Source: a virus
DNA: 49,024 bases
Direction: 5' to 3' (one strand)
UHGV virus genome: UHGV-0384005
Part shown: piece after piece, positions 1 through 9,448 of the stretch
Layout: every line of letters starts with the position of its first letter
Position numbering within the stretch: position 1 is the stretch's first letter
The notes under the pieces: generated by a model
What the model was told of the DNA's origin: nothing
What the model saw: only the letters and a program-made list of their open reading frames with translations
The model's database searches: none
Translations under genes and position numbers: made by a program

Positions 1-2460
1 ACTCTTACAGGAGCGGACGGTCACTACAGCATTGAGGCTGAGCCGGGTTATTACACTGTTTCACTGCTGCGGGAAGGTTTTCCTCCCTCCGTGGCCGGTG
101 ACATTTACGTGGTTCCGACCGATGCGCCGGATACCCTGAATGCGTTTCTCGATGCGCCGAAGGACGCGGACCTGCGTCCGGAGGTGATGAAACGCTTTGA
201 GGAAATGGTCAACCGCGTAGTGAATTTGAGCGGTGCAACAGAGAAGGATCGAGAACGCGCCGAGCAGGCCGCACAGTCAGCGGAACAAAGTAAGGATTCA
301 GCGGCATTGTCTGCAACGGCAGCGGCAGAGTCACAGCGCCAGGCTACACTCTCTGCAGATGCTGCTGATGCGTCAGCCCGCTCAGCTGCCGATAATGCCC
401 GACAGACAGCACAGGATGTTCTGGCTAGTGCAGCGGATGCTGATAGTGCGGCAAAGTCTGCACAGACAGCGACGGAGCAGGCCGGTCAGGCTAAAACCGC
501 CGCTGATACGGCACAGAAAGCGCAGGAGGAAGCGGGAGTCTCGGCACAGTCTGCTGCGGGAAGTGCCGAAAGTGCAGCTGCGTCAGCACAAACGGCGGGT
601 GAGCATGCCGGCAATGCAGCCGCATCTGAAACCTCAGCGCGTGAAAGTGCCTTCACGGCCACGCAGGCTGCAGAACAGGGTAATAACAGCGCGGCAGCTG
701 CAGCGCTAAGTGAACAGCATGCCAGAGAGTCCGGCGAAAAGGCTGCTAAATCAGAGGCTGCGGCATCAGCCAGTGCTAAATCAGCATCTTCAAGTGAAGC
801 ATCAGCCCTGCAGTCAGCCGAAACGGCTGAGAATCAGAAAAATGCAGCCACTGAGAGTGCCAACCGCGCAGAACAGGCCAGAGATGATGCACTGACCTCC
901 AGGAACGAGGCAGTACAAGCCGCTGAAACAGCAGCGACAGACGCGGCAGATAAAGCTGCAGGCAAGGTTTCGGATCAACTGAAAGCAGCTGTAGCCGATG
1001 ATACTCAGCGCGCAGAAGCCGCGATGGCTGGCGCTGAAAGTGCAGCTCTGGCCTCACAGGGATACCGTGATGAAGCGCGGGATATCGCTGAAGGTCTGAA
1101 GCTGGGAGACGCCAGCACAACGCAAAAAGGGCTGGTGAAGTTAAGCAGCGATGACGACAGCGACAGTGAAGCCCTTGCAGCGACACCGAAAGCCGTTAAA
1201 AAAGTCAAAGACCTGACGAAACTGAAAGCTCCGCTGGACAGTCCTGAGCTGACGGGAACGCCAACCACTCCTACGCCACCACTGACCGTTAACAACCAAC
1301 AAATTGTTAATGCTGAGTTTGTTCACGCAGCTGTTGCCGCGCTGGTTGGCTCATCTCCGGAAGCTTTGGACACCCTGGCTGAGTTAGCTAATGCCTTAAA
1401 CAATGATCCGAACTTTGCAACTACGGTGCTTAATGCGTTATCGGGTAAACAGCCTTTAGACGGTACGCTGACGAATCTGAGCGGAAAGGATGTTCCCGGG
1501 CTTATCCAATACCTTGGTTTAGTGGAAACGATAAAACTTGCTGCCGGAGCGCTGCCAACAACAGGAGGTAATTTACTTGGGCAGCTTGCTTTTTTGTTTC
1601 CAGCGACCAGAGCGGAAGCCAACTGCCTAATAGCGAACGGTGACGCTAACGGTATTCTGGCTTGCCAGTATGGTTATTATCAGGACAGATTTGACCTTCA
1701 TTTTTATGACGAAAAAGGTGCATGGGAATCAAATCCATTAGCCATAGGGCGTAATGGAAATATGACAGTCGTTGGTAATTTGTCGGGGCGTGCTGTTTTT
1801 GAAGGTGGCGTACGGGTTTATTCACCAAATAATCCCCCTCCTGACTCCTACCCTGTAGGTGCGCCAATTCCCTGGCCTTCAGACACGCCACCTGCTCGCC
1901 ATGCGATTATGCAGGGACAATCATTTGATAAGTCTGCCTATCCACTACTGGCTGTAGCTTATCCATCAGGCGTCATCCCTGATATGAGAGGGCAGACGAT
2001 AAAGGGCAAACCTGATGGTCGTGCTGTATTGTCGCAAGAACTTGATGGTATTAAGTCACACGACCATGGTGCGACGGTCGCAGCTACCGACCTCGGAAAC
2101 CGTGACACCACCGGATTTGATTACGGAAATAAAGAAACAACAGGTTTTGATTACGGTACAAAAACAACCGATGTTCAGGGTGCTCACGCGCACAATTACT
2201 CATTCCTGGCATGGCAAGCAGGTTGGGGATATCCAGCCGGAAACCAAAACATGGGGGCTGTCACGCAAACGACCTCCACTGACGGCGCTCATGCACACAA
2301 CGTTTATATAGGTGCACATAGTCATATTGTTGGCATTGGGGCACATGCCCACTCTGTCTATATTGGCGCGCACAGCCACGGTGTGACTGTTTCTCCGTCA
2401 GGTCATGCTGAAAACACCGTAAAAAATACCGCATTTAACTATATTGTGAGACTTGCATAA
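1..2460 (+). CDS. stf: Side tail fibre protein (lambda Stf-like), 5' end missing. Reading frame is open from nt 1 and continues the ORF at the window end (48905..49024).
   Basis: Frame open from nt 1 ([10 protein letters not shown]...). Carries the Ala-rich coiled-coil repeats, the [30 protein letters not shown] and GAHAH/GAHSH repeat motifs and the [12 protein letters not shown]-terminus that I recall from lambda Stf. Confidence 0.85.
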   Translation, partial: TLTGADGHYSIEAEPGYYTVSLLREGFPPSVAGDIYVVPTDAPDTLNAFLDAPKDADLRPEVMKRFEEMVNRVVNLSGATEKDRERAEQAAQSAEQSKDSAALSATAAAESQRQATLSADAADASARSAADNARQTAQDVLASAADADSAAKSAQTATEQAGQAKTAADTAQKAQEEAGVSAQSAAGSAESAAASAQTAGEHAGNAAASETSARESAFTATQAAEQGNNSAAAAALSEQHARESGEKAAKSEAAASASAKSASSSEASALQSAETAENQKNAATESANRAEQARDDALTSRNEAVQAAETAATDAADKAAGKVSDQLKAAVADDTQRAEAAMAGAESAALASQGYRDEARDIAEGLKLGDASTTQKGLVKLSSDDDSDSEALAATPKAVKKVKDLTKLKAPLDSPELTGTPTTPTPPLTVNNQQIVNAEFVHAAVAALVGSSPEALDTLAELANALNNDPNFATTVLNALSGKQPLDGTLTNLSGKDVPGLIQYLGLVETIKLAAGALPTTGGNLLGQLAFLFPATRAEANCLIANGDANGILACQYGYYQDRFDLHFYDEKGAWESNPLAIGRNGNMTVVGNLSGRAVFEGGVRVYSPNNPPPDSYPVGAPIPWPSDTPPARHAIMQGQSFDKSAYPLLAVAYPSGVIPDMRGQTIKGKPDGRAVLSQELDGIKSHDHGATVAATDLGNRDTTGFDYGNKETTGFDYGTKTTDVQGAHAHNYSFLAWQAGWGYPAGNQNMGAVTQTTSTDGAHAHNVYIGAHSHIVGIGAHAHSVYIGAHSHGVTVSPSGHAENTVKNTAFNYIVRLA

Positions 2461-3044
2461 TGACTTTTAAAATGACTAACACCAATCGCACGATTACTAT
2501 TTATAACCTGTCATCTTCTACTAATGAATTTATTGGTAAAGGTGATGGATATATTCCAGCAAACACAGGATTACCTGCCTACAGTACTGATATTGCACCG
2601 CCAACTACAAAGGATGGATTTGTCGCTGTATTTAATTTTGATTCAGGTAAATGGTCACTCGTCGAAGACCATCGTGGGAAAGTTGTCTACGATATTCACA
2701 CAGGGGAATCCACCACAATTAACCAGTTAGGTAAGTTGCCTGATGATGTCGTTTCTGTTGCTCCTGAAGGCCATTTTGTTAAATGGGACGGTAAAAAGTG
2801 GGTGCATGATGCTGACTCAGAAAAAATAGCGCAGATTACGCAGGCGACACAACAAAAAGAAAGCCTACTGGCTCTGGCCGCCTCAAAAATCGCTCCCTTA
2901 CAGGACGCAGTTGATCTTGATATTGCAACAGAAGCGGAAGCGGCACTTTTGCTGGCGTGGAAAAAATACCGCGTTTTACTCAACCGCATAAATCCAAATG
3001 ATGCGCCAGATATTAACTGGCCGCCCATGCCAGACACAGAATAA
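2460..3044 (+). CDS. tfa: Tail fibre assembly protein (Tfa-like)
   Basis: 194 aa, starts at the stf stop (overlap). Same size and position as lambda Tfa; the conserved C-terminal region ends with a lambda Tfa-like C-terminus (...WPPMPDTE). Confidence 0.8.
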   Translation: MTFKMTNTNRTITIYNLSSSTNEFIGKGDGYIPANTGLPAYSTDIAPPTTKDGFVAVFNFDSGKWSLVEDHRGKVVYDIHTGESTTINQLGKLPDDVVSVAPEGHFVKWDGKKWVHDADSEKIAQITQATQQKESLLALAASKIAPLQDAVDLDIATEAEAALLLAWKKYRVLLNRINPNDAPDINWPPMPDTE

Positions 3045-3045
3045 G

Positions 3046-3555
3046 TTATTCTAATTTTTTTTTGAATACCGCAGGTGAGCCAGCATAGAGTGTATTAGGC
3101 AGAACATCACAATTTACAACGCTGTTAGCCGCCACGATGCTACCATCACCGATAGTTACTCCAGGAAAAATAACTGCTCCAGCACCGATCCAAACGTTAT
3201 TACCGATGTTTATTGGGTGCATTAACAATCTGTCGCATCTTTCTTTAGGAGATATTGGATGAGCAACTGTTGTTAGAGTTACATGTGGTCCAATGAAGGT
3301 ACTTTCACCGATAACTACCTGCGCATGATCTAAAATGACGCATCCTGAGTTTATGTAAGAGTTATTTCCTATCTGAATATTCCCTTTCTCAAAGAAAAAC
3401 GGAGGTCTGACAGTGAAGCTTCCATTCGTTTCTATACCAGCTTTAACGAGTATTCTGTTTTTCTTTTTTCTACTTGCTTGTGATGAATTGAAGAATACAG
3501 ATGCGGATACTGGAGAAACCTTTTTTTTAAGACTTAAGAACCAGTAAGTAAACAT
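3046..3555 (-). CDS. Hexapeptide-repeat (left-handed beta-helix) acetyltransferase, Maa/LacA-like. Probable moron.
   Basis: Repeated [LIV]G-x-x-x-x-[LIV] hexapeptides (IGNNVWIGAGAVIFPGVTIGDGSIVAANSVV). Sits in an AT-rich island, convergent with tfa. Confidence 0.7.
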   Translation of the reverse strand: MFTYWFLSLKKKVSPVSASVFFNSSQASRKKKNRILVKAGIETNGSFTVRPPFFFEKGNIQIGNNSYINSGCVILDHAQVVIGESTFIGPHVTLTTVAHPISPKERCDRLLMHPINIGNNVWIGAGAVIFPGVTIGDGSIVAANSVVNCDVLPNTLYAGSPAVFKKKLE

Positions 3556-3667
3556 AGTTGTAATTTAGCTCCTATCCTTGGTGTAACGTGCATTGCTGCA
3601 ATTTTTTCTATGCGTAATGTGGAGCAAAGACACACAGTGTTTATGCCCATCTCGAAAGCAGAGAGGA

Positions 3668-3711
3668 TAGCAGGTAATGCCTGTCAGTTGTTTAGCTAAC
3701 TGGCATTACCT
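3668..3711. repeat. Inverted repeat with 12-bp arms (GCAGGTAATGCC ... GGCATTACCTGC), just downstream of sopB
   Basis: Read directly from the sequence. No clear U-tract follows, so it may be a weak terminator or a protein-binding site. Confidence 0.5.
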
Positions 3712-3760
3712 GCGCTGGGTACTCATCAATAAAACTGAACGTACGTCAATACATTGAGTT

Positions 3761-4732
3761 TTAAGATTTGGTTTCACCAAGTTCGGCTTCCAGAAACGCT
3801 TCTATTTTTTTCATCAAACCAGAAGGTATTTTGCGGTTGTCTAACTTTAGGGTAACAAAATTCCCCTTGTATTTAGCGACAACGGCATCGCCATAAGTTT
3901 TCTCGGTTCTCGGTGGATCTTGCTTATCTATCAGGATTACGTCATGCAGAATCTGGATAATTCGAGCTGGCTCAAGAATCTCTCCGGCTCGCTTCATGTT
4001 CAGCAGCTGCCGCGCACCATCCAGCATAGCCTTCTCGTTAGCCTGGTAAACTTTGAATAAGTCGTTTCCGGCCCTGGCAGAGAGTTCCCCTGGATGCTGG
4101 AAGATAGCCAGAATCTCTTTTGGTAAGCCTGCTGTGTTGATACAGCGGGTTATGATATTTCTATCTATACCCTCTGCTTCTGCCAGAGCTTTTACGTTGC
4201 CATCAAAATCGTTCAGTCGACGTTGATATCTTTTTCCTCGCTCATATGCGCTGGTTGGGCGGTAGTCGTTACCGACTTGCGATAACCACTGCATTTGTTC
4301 ATCGTCTAACTCCCCGACTAACACACGGTAGTCAGTGCCGGTGATGATAGCTGTTTTGCGCCGACGCGAGCCGTCCGCAACTTCAATAATGCCTGAAATC
4401 TTGCGCGCGAACGCTGGGTTTTGCTGTCCTGATGTGATGAACGATGGAATCAGGTCCGCGAGTGCCGATTCGTTCAGCAATTCCTGATCGCGTTCGTTAC
4501 CCAGCCAGACCATTGTGGCCATTTCAACTTTATCTGCAGGAACGGTTTCCAGCTTGAATGTTACGTTGCGGCCACAAACGGGAAGTGTAATGCTGTTCCC
4601 TGATAGCGAACTAAGCTGGCGCTGCAAATCTCCTACCATTGGCGATACGGGCTGAGATTTTGGAGCGTGGTGTGTATTGCTCATAAATTTGTCGATATCG
4701 GGTGCATTTTTTAGCGGAGTGCGTTGTCTCAT
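3761..4732 (-). CDS. sopB: ParB-family centromere-binding partition protein SopB
   Basis: ITLPVCGR, GNERDQELL, GQQ.PAF, YRPTSAYERG and HPGELSA blocks shared with F SopB. The start was moved to the internal ATG (ORF track start: 4795), 2 nt after the sopA stop, with a GGAGGA RBS. Confidence 0.9.
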   Translation of the reverse strand: MRQRTPLKNAPDIDKFMSNTHHAPKSQPVSPMVGDLQRQLSSLSGNSITLPVCGRNVTFKLETVPADKVEMATMVWLGNERDQELLNESALADLIPSFITSGQQNPAFARKISGIIEVADGSRRRKTAIITGTDYRVLVGELDDEQMQWLSQVGNDYRPTSAYERGKRYQRRLNDFDGNVKALAEAEGIDRNIITRCINTAGLPKEILAIFQHPGELSARAGNDLFKVYQANEKAMLDGARQLLNMKRAGEILEPARIIQILHDVILIDKQDPPRTEKTYGDAVVAKYKGNFVTLKLDNRKIPSGLMKKIEAFLEAELGETKS

Positions 4733-4734
4733 TA

Positions 4735-5898
4735 TTAGTCCTCCCAACGTGGCTTGATCAAGTCGTCGAAAATTTCCATGCAGACAGGTTCCCAAATAGA
4801 TACCGCATTCCTCCAGGCATTCAGCGTTGACCGCTGGTTGGCGGCTTGTTCAAAAACGGTACGCATTTTTATTTGGCCTTTTCCTACCTCGTCTGTGACC
4901 CGTACTACCTGCCGCAATACCATCGCGCCCCAGGTATTTCGTATTTGTTCCTCCATCCATCTGGACTGATTTCCGTTAACCGTGCTGTATTTAGTCAGTA
5001 ACAAACGGACAGTAGGCTCGAATCCACCTAAATCAACGGTTTCCAGTAGGTCCAGCAGCATAGTGAAAAACTGAAGTACGGATGCGTAATCGAACAATTC
5101 AGCAGGTGTAGCGACAACGATTACATCAGCGGCACAAACGACATTAATAGTGCCGGTACCGAGGTTAGGAGCGCTGTCTATTACGATAATATCGTAGTTA
5201 TCCCATACAGATTCGATAGCGGCTCGAAGCATAAGGTGCGGAGGATGTGGTAATTTCCCCTGAGCATGATATTGCATCAAATCGGTTTCGATGCGATGCA
5301 GAGCTAGGCAACTAGGAATGATGTCCAGTCCTGGCCAGCAGGTAGGTTTTATAGCGTACTCTGCGTTGTCTCGTTCACCGAGATAAAATGGGAGCAAGGT
5401 ATCTTCTGCGTGGATATGTAAATCAGGAACATACCCATGATACATAGATGCTGTTCCTTGTGGATCATTCCCTTCGACAAGTAACACGCGGTGTCCCTGC
5501 AATGCCAGCCATTGCGCCTGGTGTACGGCAGACGAAGTTTTATAGACACCACCCTTATGTGACATTACGGAGAGAACAACAGGGTTCTTACTTTCCGGAC
5601 GTTGATTTGGATTACCAAAAACACTACGCATGTTGCTTATTTGGTCAATCGTGTATCCAGCACGGCGCTCTACTCTGCCGCGAGTTTCAAAATCAGGCGC
5701 AGGAAGACGCCCCGTTTTTTCAGCATCTCTTATTGCTTGCGGTGTAACCCCAATCAAGTCAGCAACTTCGGTAATTCCCCAGCGACGAGTAATGCGACGA
5801 GCTTCAGGGCTATCATCACCGAACTGAGCGATTGCTATGGCCTGAGTCATCTCCTGACCACGTCTGATACACTCATGTAACAAATTGATAAGCGACAT
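4735..5898 (-). CDS. sopA: Type Ia ParA ATPase SopA
   Basis: Near-colinear with F SopA: N-terminal HTH, Walker A KGGVYKTS, LLVEGNDPQGTASMYHGYVPDLHIHAEDTLLPFYLGE. The start was moved to MSLINLL... (ORF track start: 5982; the first 28 codons lie in the operator region). Confidence 0.9.
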   Translation of the reverse strand: MSLINLLHECIRRGQEMTQAIAIAQFGDDSPEARRITRRWGITEVADLIGVTPQAIRDAEKTGRLPAPDFETRGRVERRAGYTIDQISNMRSVFGNPNQRPESKNPVVLSVMSHKGGVYKTSSAVHQAQWLALQGHRVLLVEGNDPQGTASMYHGYVPDLHIHAEDTLLPFYLGERDNAEYAIKPTCWPGLDIIPSCLALHRIETDLMQYHAQGKLPHPPHLMLRAAIESVWDNYDIIVIDSAPNLGTGTINVVCAADVIVVATPAELFDYASVLQFFTMLLDLLETVDLGGFEPTVRLLLTKYSTVNGNQSRWMEEQIRNTWGAMVLRQVVRVTDEVGKGQIKMRTVFEQAANQRSTLNAWRNAVSIWEPVCMEIFDDLIKPRWED

Positions 5899-5944
5899 TC
5901 TGTATCCTCTCTTATGAGCGTTTTTCTTTGCGTTATTTATATCA

Positions 5945-6003
5945 CTTTGCTTAAAAAAAGCAAAGTTTCGTAAAAAAAGCAAAGCTTAATGAAAAAAGCA
6001 AAG
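5945..6003. promoter_or_regulatory. sopAB promoter/operator: CTTTGC hexamer as the palindrome CTTTGCTT-A6-AGCAAAG, plus two more AAAAAAGCAAAG direct repeats
   Basis: CTTTGC/GCAAAG occurs four times in 60 bp upstream of sopA. F SopA autoregulates through CTTTGC repeats. Confidence 0.55.
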
Positions 6004-6270
6004 CTAAAAATTTAACCACCTGGCTAAGCGTTTTGTGACGCAACCCAAGTCTTATTGTGAGAAATGAGTCGGTCACTTTGATAGGATTTAATCTAAACAT
6101 ATGTTTTTAAATGATATTTTATAAATCAAAACCCCTCCATTCTTTAATGAAACATACGAATTCCCACCTTCATTTTATGATCGTTATCACATTACTCACT
6201 AACCAAAACAAATAATCACACAAGTAGAGATCGTAAAATCAATGATTTGTTTATCAATGTGAAAACGAGA

Positions 6271-6360
6271 TTATCATAACACAATCGAACAAGTCAACGC
6301 ATCATAACACAATCAGATCACCAAAGATAACACAATTGGGATTTATCATAACATGTATAT
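6271..6360. repeat. Left flank of the telomere-resolution site: TCATAACACAAT repeats. Direct copies at ~6274, 6302, 6327 (partial) and 6346; the last is part of a CATAACAT-gtat-ATGTTATG palindrome.
   Basis: Read directly from the sequence. Confidence 0.6.
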
Positions 6361-6366
6361 GTTATG

Positions 6367-6422
6367 TATCAACACACAATTGCCCATTATACGCGCGTAT
6401 AATGGGTAATTGTGTGCTGATT
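6367..6422. other. telRL: Uncut telRL-type telomere resolution site. 56-bp near-perfect palindrome TATCAACACACAATTGCCCATTATACGCG|CGCGTATAATGGGTAATTGTGTGCTGATTA, centred at 6394/6395.
   Basis: 22-bp arms with one mismatch. Matches my recollection of the N15 telRL sequence (central TACGCGCGTA telO) in all but a few positions. Lies immediately upstream of the protelomerase gene. Confidence 0.8.
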
Positions 6423-6559
6423 ATCATAACACAGTCCAACATTGATTTGAATACCAAATTGAATTGTGTTATCTTGTTATTGTGTGATAGTGTTATCATA
6501 AATCACTTAAACTATTGTACTTTGATTGTGTTATCTTTCTCTTATTGTGTTATGATAAT
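6418..6559. repeat. Right flank of the tel site. One direct TTATCATAACACA copy, then inverted copies (ATTGTGTTATC at ~6462, 6526; ATTGTGTTATGATAA at 6545 is the exact reverse complement of the left repeat).
   Basis: Read directly from the sequence. The arrangement mirrors the left flank, giving extended dyad symmetry around telRL. Confidence 0.6.
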
Positions 6560-6582
6560 TGAAGGGCTAAAACAGGAGAGCC

Positions 6583-8502
6583 ATGATGAGCAAAGTAAAG
6601 ATTGGTGAACTTATTAATTCGCTTGTGAAAGAGGTTGAGACAATCGACGCCTCTGATCGCCCGCAGGGTGATAAAACAAAAAAAATTAAAGCAGCAGCAA
6701 TAAAATATAAAAACGCATTATTTAATGATAAAAGAAAATTTCGTGGGAAAGGTTTATCAAAAAGAATAACAGCAAACACCTTTAATGCTTATATGAGCCG
6801 CGCAAGAAAGCGCTTTGATGATAAACTTCATCATAGTTTTGAAAGTAATATAAATAGGTTGTCAGGAAAGTATCCTTTATATAGTGAGGAATTATCTTCA
6901 TGGCTAGCTATGCCTGCTGCATCTATTCGCCAGAATATGTCAGCATTGCAAAGTAAATTAAAATCAATAATGCCTTTAGCAGAAGAATTATCAAGTTTGA
7001 AACTTGGGGCGAAAAACAGTGAGGCAAAAATAACAAAACTTGCTAATAAATATCCTGAGTGGAGTTTTGCTATTAGTGATTTAAACAGTGATAACTGGAA
7101 AGATAGTCGGGACTATCTTTATAAGCTATTCCAACAAGGTTCCTCCCTTTTAGAAGAGTTAAACCATCTCAAGGTCAACCATGAGGTGTTGTATCACCTA
7201 CAGCTCAGTTCTGCTGAGCGAGCATCTATCCAGCAGCGCTGGGCAGACGTCCTCAGTGAGAAAAAGCGCAGCGTGGTTGTGATTGACTATCCTCGCTATA
7301 TGCAGGCCATATACGACATTATCAATAAACCATTAGCATCATTCGATTTAACTACTCGTCGTGGTATGGCTCCATTGGCTTTCGCACTTGCCGCATTATC
7401 CGGGCGCAGGATGATAGAAATAATGCTTCAGGGTGAGTTTTCTGTTTCTGGAAGATATACAGTTAACTTTATAGGACAAGCTAAAAAACGCTCTGAAGAC
7501 AAAGGTACATCAAGAAATATATATACACTATGCGATGCAAAGTTATTCGTTGAGTTAGTTTATGAACTTCGCTCCTGTCCTGCTGCTGCCGACTTCAATG
7601 AAGTTATTAAAGGGTATGGTGAAAATGACACACGTTCTGAAAATGCCAGAATTAATGCTATTCTCGCAACAGCTTTTAATCCGTGGGTAAAATCTTTTTT
7701 AGGTGATGACCGTCGCGTTTATAAAGATAGCCGCGCTATTTATGCACGTATCGCCTATGAAATGTTTTTCCGCGTCGACCCTCGGTGGAAAAATGTCGAT
7801 GAAGACGTTTTCTTTATGGAGATACTCGGTCATGACGACGAGAACACCCAGCTACACTACAAACAGTTTAAATTAGCGAACTTTTCCAGAACCTGGAGGC
7901 CGGATGTTGGTGAAGAAAATACCCGGCTTGCGGCTCTACAGAAGCTGGATGAAGAGATGCCAGGCTTCGCCAGAGGTGATGCCGGTATCCGTATTCATGA
8001 AGCTGTGAAGCAGCTGGTGGAGCAAGATCCCGATATAAAAATTACCAACAGCACTTTGCGCCCTTATAACTTCAGCACCAGAATGATCTCCCGCTATCTG
8101 GAGTTTGCTGCTGATGCTTTAGGCCAGGTCGTAGGCGAAAACGGACAATGGCAACTGAAAACAGAAGCACCCGCTATCATACTGAATGATGAAGAAGAAA
8201 CAGTACCGGTGGAAGAGCAGGATATAGGCGAAGAATCCCTGGAAGAAGACGATCTGGATGAGGATGAAATCGACCTGGATGAAGGCGAAACAGAGGAAGC
8301 TGGAGATAAGCCTGGCGACACCGATGATATCGCCTCAGAGGAAAGCAAGCCCGTGAAGCCAGTATTTAAAGCCCCCAGGGATAACGGTGATGGAACGTTT
8401 ATGGTGGAGTTTGAATATGATGGTCGCCAGTATGCCTGGAGCGGCGCTGCCGATAGTAAGCTAATGGCCATGCAGGCCGCGTGGAAAACATACTTCAAGT
8501 AA
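6583..8502 (+). CDS. telN: Protelomerase (telomere resolvase, TelN/TelK family)
   Basis: 639 aa. Near-colinear with N15 TelN as I recall it (MSKVKIGELIN..., YSEELSSWL, KVNHEVLYHLQLS, GMAPLAFALAA.SGRRMIEIM, RSENARINAIL, HDDENTQLHYKQFKLANFSRTWRP) and an acidic C-terminal tail. Confidence 0.95.
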   Translation: MMSKVKIGELINSLVKEVETIDASDRPQGDKTKKIKAAAIKYKNALFNDKRKFRGKGLSKRITANTFNAYMSRARKRFDDKLHHSFESNINRLSGKYPLYSEELSSWLAMPAASIRQNMSALQSKLKSIMPLAEELSSLKLGAKNSEAKITKLANKYPEWSFAISDLNSDNWKDSRDYLYKLFQQGSSLLEELNHLKVNHEVLYHLQLSSAERASIQQRWADVLSEKKRSVVVIDYPRYMQAIYDIINKPLASFDLTTRRGMAPLAFALAALSGRRMIEIMLQGEFSVSGRYTVNFIGQAKKRSEDKGTSRNIYTLCDAKLFVELVYELRSCPAAADFNEVIKGYGENDTRSENARINAILATAFNPWVKSFLGDDRRVYKDSRAIYARIAYEMFFRVDPRWKNVDEDVFFMEILGHDDENTQLHYKQFKLANFSRTWRPDVGEENTRLAALQKLDEEMPGFARGDAGIRIHEAVKQLVEQDPDIKITNSTLRPYNFSTRMISRYLEFAADALGQVVGENGQWQLKTEAPAIILNDEEETVPVEEQDIGEESLEEDDLDEDEIDLDEGETEEAGDKPGDTDDIASEESKPVKPVFKAPRDNGDGTFMVEFEYDGRQYAWSGAADSKLMAMQAAWKTYFK

Positions 8503-8509
8503 CAGAAAA

Positions 8510-8540
8510 GCCACTGGTGTTTACCAGTGGCTCAATTTTA
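8510..8540 (+). terminator. Stem-loop GCCACTGGT-gttt-ACCAGTGGC plus a weak U-tract after telN
   Basis: Read directly from the sequence. Confidence 0.4.
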
Positions 8541-8674
8541 GTGGCCTGTCCCTGCCCGTTCCCTGCAAGAAACGGAAGGATGAGGCGGGAACCGCAGCTG
8601 CAACAACAGACATCGCCGTCCCGACTGCAGGGACTTCCCCGCCAGGGCGGGGCATAAACTCGGGCTGGCCAGCC

Positions 8675-9448
8675 CTATTTATCAGCGACTGCAGGTGCCG
8701 CTAATTTTGCAGATAACGCCTCAAGTTTCTCGATGGCCAGCACGAAATGAGCAGGTAAAACCTTTTCCTCCGGCGTACTGATATCGGTGATCGGTAACTC
8801 TTTATGGGACATGCTCCGGCGACCGCCACGAACAACATCACGCAATAATTCCCGCTCACAAGCTCTCATGTTCTCCAGCGCGACTTCCGCCGCCGTGAGT
8901 ATCCTCCGCAGTTCGGCAGCTATCGCTGGGATATCATCAACTGTAATCGGATTGGGCGCCGGGTTTCTGCATGCGCGGCGCAACGCCATCCAAACCCCAC
9001 TTACCCATGCATTACGGTATTGAAAGCTCTGCGCTATATCGTTAATCAGTCCTCGCAGTTCCTCTTTCTGTCGCCAGTTCAACGGCTCACCAGCGCATTT
9101 TGGAACGGGTTCTACATAGCCATATTCACCATTCTTCCGGATAGCTGGCAGCACCTCGTTCGTTACCCACTTGCGGAATCGCCACGCGGTGGTTCCATGC
9201 TTTACTGCATCGCGGCAGCGGAGGATCAGGGTGTAGAGGCCGGATTCGTTGATGATATTGGCTTCACCCTGACGACCTATGTTAAACATAGACCGCTCAT
9301 CATCGTCCAATCGTGCGATAGCCTGCGTAACATTCTGGATATTTAAGGCAGTGCAAATGTCATTTGCCACAAACCACGGCTCACCATCAACCATCACCAC
9401 GCGTACCGGGTGGTTTTCCTGAAATGAAAATACGGCAAGAGCGCTCAT
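8675..9448 (-). CDS. Antirepressor with an N-terminal Bro-N domain
   Basis: FSFQENHPVRVVMVDGEPWFVANDICTALNI...INESGLYTLILRCRDAVKHGTTAWRFRKWVTNEVLPAIRKNGEYG matches the Bro-N/Ant consensus. Last gene of a minus-strand operon. Confidence 0.8.
   Translation of the reverse strand: MSALAVFSFQENHPVRVVMVDGEPWFVANDICTALNIQNVTQAIARLDDDERSMFNIGRQGEANIINESGLYTLILRCRDAVKHGTTAWRFRKWVTNEVLPAIRKNGEYGYVEPVPKCAGEPLNWRQKEELRGLINDIAQSFQYRNAWVSGVWMALRRACRNPAPNPITVDDIPAIAAELRRILTAAEVALENMRACERELLRDVVRGGRRSMSHKELPITDISTPEEKVLPAHFVLAIEKLEALSAKLAAPAVADK

Noticed and set aside
233-1891. Plus- and minus-strand ORFs overlapping the first 1.9 kb (233..709, 710..895, 776..1186, 1005..1295, 1141..1326, 1323..1622, 1646..1891)
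   Set aside because: They lie inside the Stf-like tail fibre gene, whose Ala-rich repetitive GC-rich coding sequence generates long alternative-frame ORFs. Their products are low-complexity (R/Q/S-rich).
2160-2400. His-rich GAHAH/GAHSH repeats at the C-terminus of the tail fibre
   Set aside because: Also present in lambda Stf. Part of the normal fibre fold rather than a novel metal-binding feature.
5899-5982. 28-codon N-terminal extension of the sopA ORF
   Set aside because: Absent from F SopA. It overlaps the CTTTGC operator repeats, and a good RBS (GAGAGGAT) precedes the internal ATG.
6263-6560. Short repeats around the tel site, considered as a possible CRISPR array or plasmid iterons
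   Set aside because: Spacing is irregular. Copies are arranged as mirror-image direct and inverted sets around a central palindrome, and no cas genes are present. The pattern fits TelN-associated telRL flanking repeats rather than CRISPR or RepA iterons.
8094-8498. Minus-strand 134-aa ORF inside telN
   Set aside because: Antisense to the acidic C-terminal tail of the protelomerase. Its Ser-rich low-complexity translation is typical of a shadow ORF.
8534-8672. GC-rich structured segment between telN and the antirepressor gene, considered as an sRNA or tRNA
   Set aside because: No cloverleaf, no convincing promoter or terminator pair. It contains two short hairpins that may simply terminate the convergent telN and ant transcripts.
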